Under the pieces are notes generated by a model that was given only the letters and a program-made list of their open reading frames with translations, made no database searches and was not told the origin of the DNA. This document shows, piece after piece, positions 1 to 9,760 of a stretch of DNA of 50,988 bases. The translations under genes were made by a program, and so were the position numbers. Source of the DNA: a virus (Duplodnaviria > Caudoviricetes); IMG/VR virus record IMGVR_UViG_3300023442_000003, positions 1 through 50,988 of that record. The stretch is one strand, 5' to 3'. The first letter of the stretch is position 1. Every line of letters starts with the position of its first letter.

Positions 1-122
1 ACGAACGCCGCCGCCGCGATCAGAACCGCCGCGATACCGCCTGCCACCGCTTTCTTGCCACGTTTCGGATTGTTGGCCCGCACCACCAGCGGGGCAGGCT
101 TGTGCTTGCTCCGCCAAATCAT
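1..122 (-). CDS. Probable SAR-type endolysin, N-terminal part (runs off window start)
   Basis: ATG at 122 overlaps the holin stop (ATGA). Translates MIWRSKHKPAPLVVRANNPKRGKKAVAGGIAAAVLIAAAAF: a basic stretch plus an Ala/Gly-rich weak TM segment directly after a holin-like gene. The catalytic domain is outside the window. Confidence 0.55.
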   Translation of the reverse strand, partial: MIWRSKHKPAPLVVRANNPKRGKKAVAGGIAAVLIAAAAF

Positions 123-331
123 CCGCTCACGCTCCGTTGCGGGATCAGCCGGGAAATGCCAGCCCCGACCATGGCCAGTGTCGCCAGAACAGCGAAAACA
201 CGCGGATCAATCCCGAACATGTCGGCGCTGACCAAAGAGAAAAATGTCGGCAGTGCCTGCAAGACCACCGCCAGCACGATCAGCCGCAGGCTCCATGCGT
301 GCCTCAGTACCTTCTTCTGTGCGTCCGTCAT
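119..331 (-). CDS. Putative holin (two TM segments)
   Basis: 70 aa with two hydrophobic segments (AWSLRLIVLAVVLQAL, VFAVLATLAMVGAGISRLI). Lies in the lysis position and is translationally coupled to its neighbours. Confidence 0.65.
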   Translation of the reverse strand: MTDAQKKVLRHAWSLRLIVLAVVLQALPTFFSLVSADMFGIDPRVFAVLATLAMVGAGISRLIPQRSVSG

Positions 332-672
332 TGTCCGTTCCTCCTGTCCAGCCGCTCCGATAGCCGCTGCAATTGAATTTCGATCCTCGCGATACCGGTC
401 AGAATGCTGTTCGTCCGTTCATCCTGCCGAGACACCGCGATTTCCGTGGCTCGAACCCTCGTTTTCAGCCGCCCGGTATCCTCGCGCGCCTCCCTCACGC
501 TCTCGGCGTTCTTCACCGCCGCATCGGTATTCGCCGCCATTCCACCGCTCAGACTGGCCCACCCCGCCCCAACAGCAAGCAGAAGCGTCACCAATTGTAT
601 AACATTTCCCGCGCTGATTGTCGCTGAAAATGTTGGTCTGAACTTGCTCAGGTTTGGGTTGTTTGTCATCAT
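328..672 (-). CDS. Single-TM coiled-coil protein of the lysis region
   Basis: GGAGGA RBS upstream; N-terminal TM (VIQLVTLLLAVGAGWASL) followed by a heptad-like C-terminus. Confidence 0.6.
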   Translation of the reverse strand: MMTNNPNLSKFRPTFSATISAGNVIQLVTLLLAVGAGWASLSGGMAANTDAAVKNAESVREAREDTGRLKTRVRATEIAVSRQDERTNSILTGIARIEIQLQRLSERLDRRNGQ

Positions 673-682
673 GCTCCTCCAA

Positions 683-717
683 GGATACCCCGTCCTTCAG
701 GGCGGGGAAGATGTTAA
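683..717 (+). mobile_element. IS200/IS605-type right-end-like hairpin remnant
   Basis: GGATACCCCGTCCTTCAGGGCGGGGAAGATGTTAA with stem CCCCGTCC-TTCA-GGGCGGGG. From memory it resembles the subterminal hairpin plus GATGTCAA end of IS605/IS1341 tnpB elements. No tnpA or tnpB nearby. Confidence 0.4.
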
Positions 718-2645
718 GTCAGTTCTTCCGTCAGTGTTGCAATATCCCCGGCCTCCAGCTTCACCCGCGAGATCGAGAAATCTCCGGTATAAACATTGGA
801 TGTTTCGGCCAACCTGAACCGAAGCTCGAAGTACGGCGATGCCCCCCATGTCAGACCAGTCGAGTCAGGCCCGGCAAACGTAATCGAATGGCGTTTCGCC
901 GTGGTCGAGAAATTGAACTCTTCCACGCTGCCCATGGCAATGCGGGTGGAGACAGACCCGCCCGATCCGTCGTAGACCTGCACCGTGACGTCATAGAAGT
1001 TCCGGCCTGTGTTCGCTGCCTTGCCAACGAAGCTCAACACAAGGTTTTGGTCCATCAGTTCCCACGGGTTATACCCCTTGAAGTATACCCACTGGATCGC
1101 CGCCGCCGTGCTGGTATTGTTCGCCCGCAGCGCCGGGAGCAGCGCCCCACGCCACGTCAGCAAGTCGCGGCTTGCCGTGATCGTCCCGCCAGTGGACTTC
1201 ACGAACCAATCTGTTGCAACCTCGGCCCCATCAGTCGATGAGGAACTCGCGGCCCATGTATCCATGCCCGGATTCAGGATGAAGTTTTTCTTAGGCGCCG
1301 CGTGTATCACCTGCACATCCGGGTCGGACAAGCTGGCGATGCCGTTGTAAATGCGAGTCTCATCCGTGCTCACATCACCGGGGTAAATCAGGTATTCAAC
1401 ACCCCCGAACACCAGCTTGTATTCCCCTGTGGCGCCGCTCGTGCGCCGTGCCCATTTCCAGCCAGTCGTTTTATCAACCCCATCCACATACCCCGGAAAC
1501 AACCCCTTGTTCGGGTTGTTGACCCCGCGCGGCAGAAGGTTCTCAACCACGATCCGGCTGATCCCCGGAGACCCTGCGCCGGCGTTGCCATACGTCCCAC
1601 CATCATCCAATTCGAACAGCGAACAATCCGACCCTTGAATGGCTGAATGCAGAAACGACCAGTTTTGGATGACAATGTTGGAGCGGTTCGCCCACAGGAA
1701 GGCCGTGTTGTTGCCAGAGAGCTGCGTCGCCTCGGTGTGCATTGCTGCAATCGTCATGGAGTCCGCGCGATCAATCTGGACCATGTGGCCGTTGCACTTG
1801 ACCTGATGGATGTTCATCTGGCCAATGGAGCAGGTCATCAGCGAATGCCCCTTGCTCGTCGCTGGACGCAGATTGAACACGTTCTCGCACGTCCACGTCA
1901 GCCCGCCTTCGATATATAGGTTGGAAATCTCGAACCCGGTGCCGGACGAGAAGTCGAACGCCCGATAGCTGAAATCTCCGATGAAGATGTTCTCCATACG
2001 CCAATTGAACGGCGTCTCCGCAAGATCGGAATAGATCACCGTCCCTGCATCCCCGAATTTCACGTCCGACAGGGGGACTGCCCCCTTGGTCACGCTATCT
2101 CCTGCGGCGTTATCAAGTTCCAGAAGCACACGTTGCCCGGCGGTTTCAGTACCTGCGATAACCCCGCTGGCATACCGAATTTCCAGTGAACTCAACCGCG
2201 CCCGACGCCGCATGATAATCGCCGAGTCGGTAATCGGAACCGCAGACGTGAACTCGATTGCCGACTTTTCACGACCATTCCCTTCAATCCACTCATTCGA
2301 GTTGAGGCTGATCTGGATAGTGCTGAGATACGTCGCGCTTTTCAGGCATACCCGGTCATCGAAATTCTTGGCGCTCACAAGTGCCGCGCCCATATCGGTC
2401 GTGCCCGGCGTTGCGTTGTCCTTGAAGTGGTCCGGGTAAGCTCTCCCGAAAGGCTCCCACCCCGGCATGTCAGATATGGCAGTAGAAGCCGACTCCGCCA
2501 CATAGGACAGCCCAGCGGCGGTTATCACAACCCCATCATCCGGCGCGTTGTCCGCCACCCACGCCACCGCCTCTGCTCGTGTAGCGAAACCCTGCCCGAA
2601 CTCCAGCGCCGTGCGCCGAAGCCCATGTATACGGAGCTTGGTCAT
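714..2645 (-). CDS. Tail spike / receptor-binding protein with beta-helix (depolymerase-like) region and C-terminal CBM-like domain
   Basis: ATG at 2645 overlaps the upstream stop. Has PDHF...GTTDMGAAL and IEGNG...S pectate-lyase-3-like N-terminal motifs, and a C-terminal KNFILNPGMDTW...W jelly-roll-like start. Confidence 0.7.
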   Translation of the reverse strand: MTKLRIHGLRRTALEFGQGFATRAEAVAWVADNAPDDGVVITAAGLSYVAESASTAISDMPGWEPFGRAYPDHFKDNATPGTTDMGAALVSAKNFDDRVCLKSATYLSTIQISLNSNEWIEGNGREKSAIEFTSAVPITDSAIIMRRRARLSSLEIRYASGVIAGTETAGQRVLLELDNAAGDSVTKGAVPLSDVKFGDAGTVIYSDLAETPFNWRMENIFIGDFSYRAFDFSSGTGFEISNLYIEGGLTWTCENVFNLRPATSKGHSLMTCSIGQMNIHQVKCNGHMVQIDRADSMTIAAMHTEATQLSGNNTAFLWANRSNIVIQNWSFLHSAIQGSDCSLFELDDGGTYGNAGAGSPGISRIVVENLLPRGVNNPNKGLFPGYVDGVDKTTGWKWARRTSGATGEYKLVFGGVEYLIYPGDVSTDETRIYNGIASLSDPDVQVIHAAPKKNFILNPGMDTWAASSSSTDGAEVATDWFVKSTGGTITASRDLLTWRGALLPALRANNTSTAAAIQWVYFKGYNPWELMDQNLVLSFVGKAANTGRNFYDVTVQVYDGSGGSVSTRIAMGSVEEFNFSTTAKRHSITFAGPDSTGLTWGASPYFELRFRLAETSNVYTGDFSISRVKLEAGDIATLTEELT

Positions 2646-5600
2646 TTCGCTACCCACCCTGTGTTACCAGTACCGCTTTCCTTGACGTACAGCGTTGTCC
2701 CGGTGCCGCCGTCCGTGCGCATGTACATGGACCCCACCGGGGCCGTCACCGCCGTCTCAGGCGACCCCGTACCACTCGTTACATTGATGTCGCTGCGCAG
2801 AATGATCTCCTTGGTTGACGCGTAAGCATACCCGATAAACCACTTGTCCGCCGTGCGGGAATAGGCCAACTCGCTCGCCGTTACTTGGTTCCCGGCCGCA
2901 TCGTAGGGCTTTAACCCTGCGGTTGCATTTGCCACGTTGTTGAACAGCGAGATCGTATCGACCCCGGAAACACTGCCCGTAATAATGTCACCAGACCCGG
3001 ACCCCATAACCTTTACGCGCTCACCGAACGCATAGCTGGATGCCCCACCAAATACGACGTCCGTTCCATCCCAGTCCCACGAGTATGTGGCTGAGCCTAC
3101 CGAGTATTCTTCCCGCACCTTCCCTGTTGGCCTGAACACTGTACGCGTTGGGTCGCTCACATTGCTCGGGACAACGATATTCTCCGGCTGATGGACAATA
3201 GCCCCCTGCCCAGCGGCACGCATGGGCACGTCACTGTACCCATTCCCGTCGTTGGCAGACGATGCGAACCACTTGGTGTCGTCCCAAACACTCGTCGCTC
3301 CGGCAGCGATGGCGGTAATAATGTCGCCCCGAACAAGCGTTGTCGTCGTAGGCGCCCCATAGACCAACGCCACGCCCGTCGAAGTGTCCGTGATAACCTC
3401 GTTGTCCAGAAATGTCCCAGTTACCCCTGTGAGACGCAGCGTGCCCGTAGACCCTATGACCTCCAGCGTCTGGATAGTGCCTGTTGCCCCGGACGTACCA
3501 CCAGTAACAACCAACCCGGCAGTAAAGTTCCCGGTATCTGCGTCGTAGTTCACCGCCAACGGCCTGATGTTGTACCCGGTATCGTCCTCCCCGACAATCC
3601 ATTGGTTCCCAGCAGCAGGCGAAGGGTGCAGACCGACACGGCAAGGGCTTACCCCGATCCCAAGCAGAGCCGTCTGCACAGCGGCTGACGAGACTATGAA
3701 CCCCTTGAAGTCCACAACCCCGGTATAGGCCCCGGTATCCTGCCGATTCAGCACGTTCCACGCCGAGTAATCCCCGGCCATGATGCCGGTTTCCTCGTCG
3801 AAGAACCCCACGGTAGCACCCGTTATGCTGTCAAGCCCGAGTGAGTAAGCCTTAGAACTCAGGTGCCCCTGCTTCGCGTATACCCGCACCCTCGGGTCAA
3901 TAATAATCGCCCGATCACTGGTCCCGCTGTCAAAGCTCGACCCGTTCCATACCGGAACCTTGTTTTTCCCCCCGGAAATAAACGACCCGCCAAAGAAGTG
4001 TATTGCGTCCCCGTGCAGCTGGATTGTCGAAGCGTCAATGTCGCAACCAATGAAGTACGCCTTGTTGGTCTGGTTCCAGCACCGAATGGACGCAGGTCCG
4101 CCGTGCGTCAGGTTGTTAATCCTCGGCTGTTCAGCAGTGCCGCCAAACCCCTGCATGACGTGGACGCCGTAGTGGTAATTATCCCCGCATCCCTGACTGG
4201 TCATCACATAGTCAACGCCACGCGCAGCGTCTGTCCACCAGCGGTTAGTAGCCGCCCGTGCCAGTGCATCCGGATACGTCCGTTTACCGATCTCCGCGTC
4301 AGAGTAGAACGGCCCCTTGTCCACCCACGCCCCACTCACGACGCGGTACAGATGGTCGTCGTCCGCCGTGATACGCTCAAGCCCGTCCGGGGTGGCGGCC
4401 GGCAGGGCGGCGGCATTGGCGACACTCGTGATGCTGGAAATGTCTCTTGTCGCGTCCAGCAGCAAGATGGCTGAGCGGCTCCACCCATAGGTGCCACTCA
4501 GGACAGTGTGGTCCTTGTAGCAAGACACCATACAGTCGCCGACGTAGTTCTCTGGCTCATTTGCCCCGTTTGGCATCATACGCCCGGAGTAGTCGCTGGT
4601 GTCAGACAAGCCCCACTGCTTCGCATTATGCTCATCGAGAACCAGTCCGCCGTTATTGTTGTTGGTCTTGAGTTCCCCGTACTTGCGGAAATTCCAAATT
4701 TGCGCCACGCGGACTTTCAGCGCCGAGCAGGAGTCATACCGAATACCTGAACACAGGAACTCGCAGTGTATCCCCCCAAAGTACGCCTGTGCGGTGCGTT
4801 TCACTCTCAGATTAAGGAGAGGCATCGGGCGCTCAAAGCCCTCCCTGAGCGCGTCATTCGCCGCAGACGTGCCCAAAGTCACCCCCAACCGCGCCGCCTC
4901 CGAGGACAGATGGCTGTCCAGACCGCCGCCGGTAGTCGCGGTGATCCGCCCGGGGTGGTCAATATCCACCTCGCATACTGCACCGTTCCACGGTGCCAGC
5001 GGATCGCTGGGCGTCTTGGTGAAATACAGGGTGTCCTTGGCCAAGAAATCCACGTAGCAAGAGAACTTCACTGAGTGCTCAGCGTCCGTCTCCTGCGTTC
5101 GCGACAGATCAGCCGCGAAGTACGCAGCGGCCTGCCATGCAGCGGAACTTTCAACCCCACTTTGAACCCCGAACTGCTCGGCCTTGATATGGTTGCCATG
5201 CTGCAATTCCGCTTGCAGTCCCGTCCCGGTCAGGTCGATATACGATCCCCCGTCTGCGGTCCCGGTCGCAGCAGCGACAATCTTGTACACAGCAGCTCCG
5301 CCATCGCCGGGCGAGTTGCGCCCCAAGGTATTGACGTAATCACCGAGAGCCAGCGCCGTGTCCGCCACCATCGCTGCCACAGTGTCAAACCGAACCCCAA
5401 CCAACGCTTGTATGGCGGTTGCCCCGTAAGCCGTCTCCGTCCACCCGGTATTACCGGAACCGCTGGTCTTCACATACAGCGCCGTGCCAGACGCCCCGTC
5501 GGTCCGCAACCGCAGCGCCCCCACAGGAGCTGTTACCGCCCCTTCCGGCGATCCTGTTCCTGCTGTTACGGTTGGCCCCGAAGCCCCGAACACCAGACTG

Positions 5601-6010
5601 GTATCTGCCGTGAGCGTAGTAAACGTCCCGGCTACTGCCGTCGTCCCGCCGATAACCGAGTTGTCGATGGTCTTGTTGGTCAGGACGGTGGTCGATGTCG
5701 CAAAATCCGTAACGGAATCCCCGACACTGGCGGCGGTAACACGCAGCTCGATACTGCTCCCGGTAGGGAACCCGAGTGCTGTTGTGCCTTCTTGCGCCCG
5801 AACAACGGTCAGCGTATCCGAAACCACGGCGGTGACCTTCACGATCTCACTGTTGCCAGACACGTCCACAAGCGTCGCGTAGAAATACTCCCCCGCCGAT
5901 GGCGACGGGAAAGACGCCCCGCCCCCTGTGGCCACGACCACAGACGTATCCGCAGCGAGAACCGCCACCGCTATTGTGGACGCCGCATTATTCGCCAGCA
6001 GTACCGTCAT
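2642..6010 (-). CDS. Tail fiber / tail spike protein (1122 aa)
   Basis: N-terminal LANNAAST...EIVKVTA...LTVVRAQEGT head-binding-type domain, a GRNSPGDGGAAVY motif, and two copies of a GTGSPE...LYVK..G.GNTGW module. Confidence 0.8.
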   Translation of the reverse strand: MTVLLANNAASTIAVAVLAADTSVVVATGGGASFPSPSAGEYFYATLVDVSGNSEIVKVTAVVSDTLTVVRAQEGTTALGFPTGSSIELRVTAASVGDSVTDFATSTTVLTNKTIDNSVIGGTTAVAGTFTTLTADTSLVFGASGPTVTAGTGSPEGAVTAPVGALRLRTDGASGTALYVKTSGSGNTGWTETAYGATAIQALVGVRFDTVAAMVADTALALGDYVNTLGRNSPGDGGAAVYKIVAAATGTADGGSYIDLTGTGLQAELQHGNHIKAEQFGVQSGVESSAAWQAAAYFAADLSRTQETDAEHSVKFSCYVDFLAKDTLYFTKTPSDPLAPWNGAVCEVDIDHPGRITATTGGGLDSHLSSEAARLGVTLGTSAANDALREGFERPMPLLNLRVKRTAQAYFGGIHCEFLCSGIRYDSCSALKVRVAQIWNFRKYGELKTNNNNGGLVLDEHNAKQWGLSDTSDYSGRMMPNGANEPENYVGDCMVSCYKDHTVLSGTYGWSRSAILLLDATRDISSITSVANAAALPAATPDGLERITADDDHLYRVVSGAWVDKGPFYSDAEIGKRTYPDALARAATNRWWTDAARGVDYVMTSQGCGDNYHYGVHVMQGFGGTAEQPRINNLTHGGPASIRCWNQTNKAYFIGCDIDASTIQLHGDAIHFFGGSFISGGKNKVPVWNGSSFDSGTSDRAIIIDPRVRVYAKQGHLSSKAYSLGLDSITGATVGFFDEETGIMAGDYSAWNVLNRQDTGAYTGVVDFKGFIVSSAAVQTALLGIGVSPCRVGLHPSPAAGNQWIVGEDDTGYNIRPLAVNYDADTGNFTAGLVVTGGTSGATGTIQTLEVIGSTGTLRLTGVTGTFLDNEVITDTSTGVALVYGAPTTTTLVRGDIITAIAAGATSVWDDTKWFASSANDGNGYSDVPMRAAGQGAIVHQPENIVVPSNVSDPTRTVFRPTGKVREEYSVGSATYSWDWDGTDVVFGGASSYAFGERVKVMGSGSGDIITGSVSGVDTISLFNNVANATAGLKPYDAAGNQVTASELAYSRTADKWFIGYAYASTKEIILRSDINVTSGTGSPETAVTAPVGSMYMRTDGGTGTTLYVKESGTGNTGWVAK

Positions 6011-6774
6011 TGGAATCCCCCGCCGTAAGCCACCATCGTGGCCCGCATGTTGCCCAGATTTGCACGCGCCCGCCGCCGCGTCACCGCCGCCCGGAACTGC
6101 TTGGCATGGTACGCCGCCAGCTCCCGGTCAGACCACGGTACATTGGGTAGCACCAGAAGGTATTGCAACGCCCCGTGTACAACCGCATCCTCGATCTCTG
6201 ACAATACCGACGTGTCCATCCCCGCCGCCGCGCGCGTCGGCTTGAGTGCGTATACCAGCCGAAGCACGGCTCCGCTGTCATCCGGCAGCGGGAGCAGCAC
6301 ATACTTGTCCGGGGTCAGCTGCGTGAAAGTGACGGGCGTACCTGCGTCGGCCAAAGCAGCCGCCGGCATGGCAGAAAGAGACCCCCCACCGTACACATAC
6401 GTGTTATACGTCGCGAGGTCCATCACGCCGCTACCAAGCGCCGCCCACACAACCGCAGGGTCCACACCACTGAACAGGTCAACCCAAGCCGGGTACTGCG
6501 CCAGTGCCACCTCCAGCGTCACCCGGCATAGGGGCGAACTGTCCAGAAGCGCCTCGAACACCGCGTGCACGTCGGTATCCGCCGGACGCGCATACTCATA
6601 CTCCGCCACTCCCGGCAACAGTGCAAACGGCGCCTGCGCGTACCGCCACGCCAAGGTCTCTTCGCACACGACACGCGCAGCACGCGAGATTGATTGCAGC
6701 GCGGTACGCTGCGGGCACCCCGGCACACTTGGTGCAACCTTGTCCATCAGGGAGGTAAACAGCGTCGTGGACAT
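6007..6774 (-). CDS. Head-tail adaptor-like virion protein
   Basis: VPGCP...CEETLAWR N-terminus and P..PWSD..LA.YH C-terminus typical of podovirus adaptors; lies between capsid and tail genes. Confidence 0.6.
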   Translation of the reverse strand: MSTTLFTSLMDKVAPSVPGCPQRTALQSISRAARVVCEETLAWRYAQAPFALLPGVAEYEYARPADTDVHAVFEALLDSSPLCRVTLEVALAQYPAWVDLFSGVDPAVVWAALGSGVMDLATYNTYVYGGGSLSAMPAAALADAGTPVTFTQLTPDKYVLLPLPDDSGAVLRLVYALKPTRAAAGMDTSVLSEIEDAVVHGALQYLLVLPNVPWSDRELAAYHAKQFRAAVTRRRARANLGNMRATMVAYGGGFQ

Positions 6775-7415
6775 CAGCTCTCCCTCCGGGTGCGGATGCC
6801 CGCATGGACATTATCCGTCACCGCCCGAATGTCCGTTGCCTGCTTGACCGAAGCCGTAAACGCATCGAGGAACAGCTTCGCACGCCCGGACACAGCGTGC
6901 TCATCGTCCACCGCCTCCGCGAGAAACACCGTCGCATCCACGAGCATCGGCAAGTATGCCCCCGGAAGGGACATCGTATCAGTCAGTGCGTATGTGCTTG
7001 GCGACTGCGCATACTGCCCCTCAAGGACAACACCGGAGCTCGGTGGGGGGTATAGAAAGAACGTGTTCGGTGACCGGGGGTCGCGCATGAAACTCTCTGG
7101 CGTACCGGACGCTGCGGAGCGCCAAGTCGGGTCGGACCTATCCAGTGTCTCCCGGTCAACCTCCAGAACGGCGGAACCCGTCTTCACACCGAATATATCC
7201 AGCAGCCGGAAAGCGTCGGATGGCAGCGCCTGCGCTACCGTGTCCGCAGTAGTCGGGATGTCACTGAGCACAGCAAACAGGTCAGGGCGCGCCAGCGCAA
7301 GCCGCTTGGTCGCTTGGTTCACGAACCCCAGAAGCGTAGCATCCGTGTACCTCTGCGGGGTAGCCGTGTCGTTGATCAGAACCCGGACCTCGGATATGAC
7401 ATCACTTGGCGTCAA
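6774..7415 (-). CDS. Head-tail adaptor / tail tubular protein A-like
   Basis: TTG start; MTPSDVISEVRVLIND...Y.D..LL.FVN...RPD and FLYPPP motifs; coupled to the next gene. Confidence 0.6.
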   Translation of the reverse strand: MTPSDVISEVRVLINDTATPQRYTDATLLGFVNQATKRLALARPDLFAVLSDIPTTADTVAQALPSDAFRLLDIFGVKTGSAVLEVDRETLDRSDPTWRSAASGTPESFMRDPRSPNTFFLYPPPSSGVVLEGQYAQSPSTYALTDTMSLPGAYLPMLVDATVFLAEAVDDEHAVSGRAKLFLDAFTASVKQATDIRAVTDNVHAGIRTRRES

Positions 7416-7650
7416 AAGGCTTCGCTGCTGCCAGCACCACGCCCTCGGGCGGGTCTTCCGGCAGCTCCGTGCTGAGGTCTATTTTCTTGCTTGCTGGGCG
7501 TTTTCGCGCCGCCGCTGCCCGCTTCTTCGGGATGAACCGCTCAGGAAAAGCCTCTTCCTCCGTAACGCGCCGCACATCCGGGTTATCCTTCATGTGCGGG
7601 TTATCCGGGTAAACCGTCCCTGCGGTGTCCATGTAGTACATCTTCATCAC
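7402..7650 (-). CDS. Hypothetical protein
   Basis: GAGGAG RBS before GTG/ATG at 7650/7647; fills the gap in the late operon. Confidence 0.55.
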   Translation of the reverse strand: MMKMYYMDTAGTVYPDNPHMKDNPDVRRVTEEEAFPERFIPKKRAAAARKRPASKKIDLSTELPEDPPEGVVLAAAKPFDAK

Positions 7651-7657
7651 GGTCTCC

Positions 7658-8260
7658 TCACGTTGGCGTGACGGCATTCGTGCCATCCGCATCAACCCAT
7701 GTAGACGACGCAGAAGCCCCCGTCGCCACCTTCAACTTGTTCGCCGTGCTGTCCCACAGGGCGCGCCCCTGCGCCTTCCCCGTAGTATTCACCGCGTGTG
7801 TAATATCCGCAATGTTCGCGGAAGATGCCACAGTGAAAGTGAGGTCCGCCGCGATGGTACCACCCGTCACGGCCACCGCGCCGGCAGCCTGCGTCGCCAA
7901 TGACCCCAGCCCGAGGTTCACCCGTGCATCCGCAGCCGTAGACGCCCCCGTACCACCGTCTGCTATGGCCAGATCGGCAATCCCGGTCAACGTCCCACCG
8001 GTAACGGCGATATTACTGATGCGAACTGCTCCTGTCCCGGAAGGGGCCAGAACCAAGTCCTCATTCGCGCCTGTGGTAGATATGGTAGCCCCGGCGAACT
8101 TTATGTCGTCAAGCTGCCCGTATGTCGTCCCGAGACGGAAAGTGGAAGCCACCCCGGACCCATCGTAAACGACACGCCCTGCGGCGTCGAACCCGCCATC
8201 CACATGCAGCACCTGATTGTAGGTGTCCTTCAACTCGCTGCTGGCAAGGCTTGTCACCAT
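7658..8260 (-). CDS. Virion structural protein (fiber-like, Gly/Ala/Thr-rich)
   Basis: DLAIADGGTGASTAADARVNLGLG motif common in phage fiber proteins; in the late operon. Confidence 0.6.
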   Translation of the reverse strand: MVTSLASSELKDTYNQVLHVDGGFDAAGRVVYDGSGVASTFRLGTTYGQLDDIKFAGATISTTGANEDLVLAPSGTGAVRISNIAVTGGTLTGIADLAIADGGTGASTAADARVNLGLGSLATQAAGAVAVTGGTIAADLTFTVASSANIADITHAVNTTGKAQGRALWDSTANKLKVATGASASSTWVDADGTNAVTPT

Positions 8261-8280
8261 GATTCACCGTCCCCCGACCG

Positions 8281-8304
8281 ATGGGGGCGCATCGGCGCCC
8301 CCAT
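8281..8304. terminator. Intergenic hairpin after the capsid/decoration genes
   Basis: Perfect 10-bp stem ATGGGGGCGC-ATCG-GCGCCCCCAT. It lacks a U-tract, so it may be a stabiliser or partial terminator. Confidence 0.45.
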
Positions 8305-8311
8305 GAGAGCC

Positions 8312-8800
8312 TTAGCTGCAGTTGACCATAACGGCCCAGACCCGCATCACAGCGGTATCGACAGAGTTGTGCCCAAGCACGATGTCGATGGTGTCAGCGG
8401 ACGCATAGTACTTGCCCACAGACCCGTAGCCCGTAACCGTATTCGGCGTGCCTTCAGCGAGGGTGAGGGTATTGGACGCCGAAGCCGCGACAGTGTTGCC
8501 GTTCACCGTGGCCAAGTAGCCGTTCGTGTCGGCACCGTCGCCAAGGTCGAAAGTGAATGTCGCACCCTCTGCCGTAGTGACGTCCACGCCGACAGCCATC
8601 ACCAGCGTGTCCGCAGGGACACGGATGATCTCCAGTACGTCGTTTGCGGCCAGCGCCGAAACCCCTGCCGTCACCCGCGCTGCTGCAATCTCGGAGAAGT
8701 CGAGATCAACCGACGCGACGACGATCTTCCCGAGGTCGGCGGCAAGGTACGCATCTGCGGTGCCCTTGTTGAAGCCATAGGAGTCAGTATAGGTAGCCAT
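8312..8800 (-). CDS. Capsid decoration / cement protein
   Basis: 162 aa beta-rich protein directly downstream of the major capsid gene; AGGAGG RBS. Confidence 0.6.
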   Translation of the reverse strand: MATYTDSYGFNKGTADAYLAADLGKIVVASVDLDFSEIAAARVTAGVSALAANDVLEIIRVPADTLVMAVGVDVTTAEGATFTFDLGDGADTNGYLATVNGNTVAASASNTLTLAEGTPNTVTGYGSVGKYYASADTIDIVLGHNSVDTAVMRVWAVMVNCS

Positions 8801-8812
8801 GATTGCCCCTCC

Positions 8813-9742
8813 TTATGCGAGCGTCACGACGGCTTGGGCGATAGCTTCCGGTTTCACAACCTTGTAGCCATATACCTGCAAACCGCGCAAGATGGTGCCG
8901 AACGTGGTTTCCGCGCGCAGCGTTTCAGTGTTGGTCAGCTGCGTGGCAAACGTAAGCCCCATCTTGTGACCGGCGATGACATTGTGCTCCGACCCGGACG
9001 TGAGCAGGTTGTGCGACATGTAGATCGTGAAGCGGTCGATCATGCCGAGGCGCCCATTCCGCAAGATCGACGTGCCGTCACCGGACAGCGACGCATCCTG
9101 CAAATCGGATTTCTTGATAAGTCCGGCCATCTTTGCTGGAATAACCAGGTACCTGTCCATCTCCGGTGCATTCGCCTCGTCCAGCACCGTGCCCATGTCA
9201 ACGATGAAGTCCGTAACCGACACGGTGCTCGATGCAACCCCATCCTTCGACAGAGCCACGGGCGTGCCAGTCACACCGAGGTTGAACGAAGCCGTCTTCG
9301 CACCGGCGGTAGCCCCCTTATTGAGCGACGAAATGCCGGTCAGCATGTTCGTCAAAACATCGACGTCAACCGCCACCTTCATGCGCTCGGAAGCGTCGCG
9401 GGTCCACATATTGAACATGTTGATGTCGGCCTGCACGCGGTCGATGTCGTCCTCGACAGCCGAGAAATACTTCCCCTTGTCAATGAGAAGCTGAATCTTC
9501 GGGCTGTCCGGGTGTTCAGCGGTGAGCGTCTGGCCCTTCACGTAGTCTCGGATGGTGAGAGTCGGCGTGGTACGGATATTCACCGTATCGCCGAACTTCT
9601 TGATCTCGCCCTCGTAGTCAGTATTTGAGATCGCCGTAAGCACGGAAGCGTCATAAAACTCGTTGATGAGCTTGCCGGACCACAGTTCGGGGATGAAGTT
9701 GCCGCTATAGTCGGGGCGGCCCCCAGCAACAGGATATGCCAT
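8813..9742 (-). CDS. Major capsid protein (HK97 fold, P22/T7-like)
   Basis: FIPELWS...NTDYEGEI...GDTVNI N-terminus and RGLQVYGYKVVKPEA C-terminus; AAGGAG RBS; follows the scaffold gene. Confidence 0.9.
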   Translation of the reverse strand: MAYPVAGGRPDYSGNFIPELWSGKLINEFYDASVLTAISNTDYEGEIKKFGDTVNIRTTPTLTIRDYVKGQTLTAEHPDSPKIQLLIDKGKYFSAVEDDIDRVQADINMFNMWTRDASERMKVAVDVDVLTNMLTGISSLNKGATAGAKTASFNLGVTGTPVALSKDGVASSTVSVTDFIVDMGTVLDEANAPEMDRYLVIPAKMAGLIKKSDLQDASLSGDGTSILRNGRLGMIDRFTIYMSHNLLTSGSEHNVIAGHKMGLTFATQLTNTETLRAETTFGTILRGLQVYGYKVVKPEAIAQAVVTLA

Positions 9743-9760
9743 GAGTTATCTCCTTGGCGT

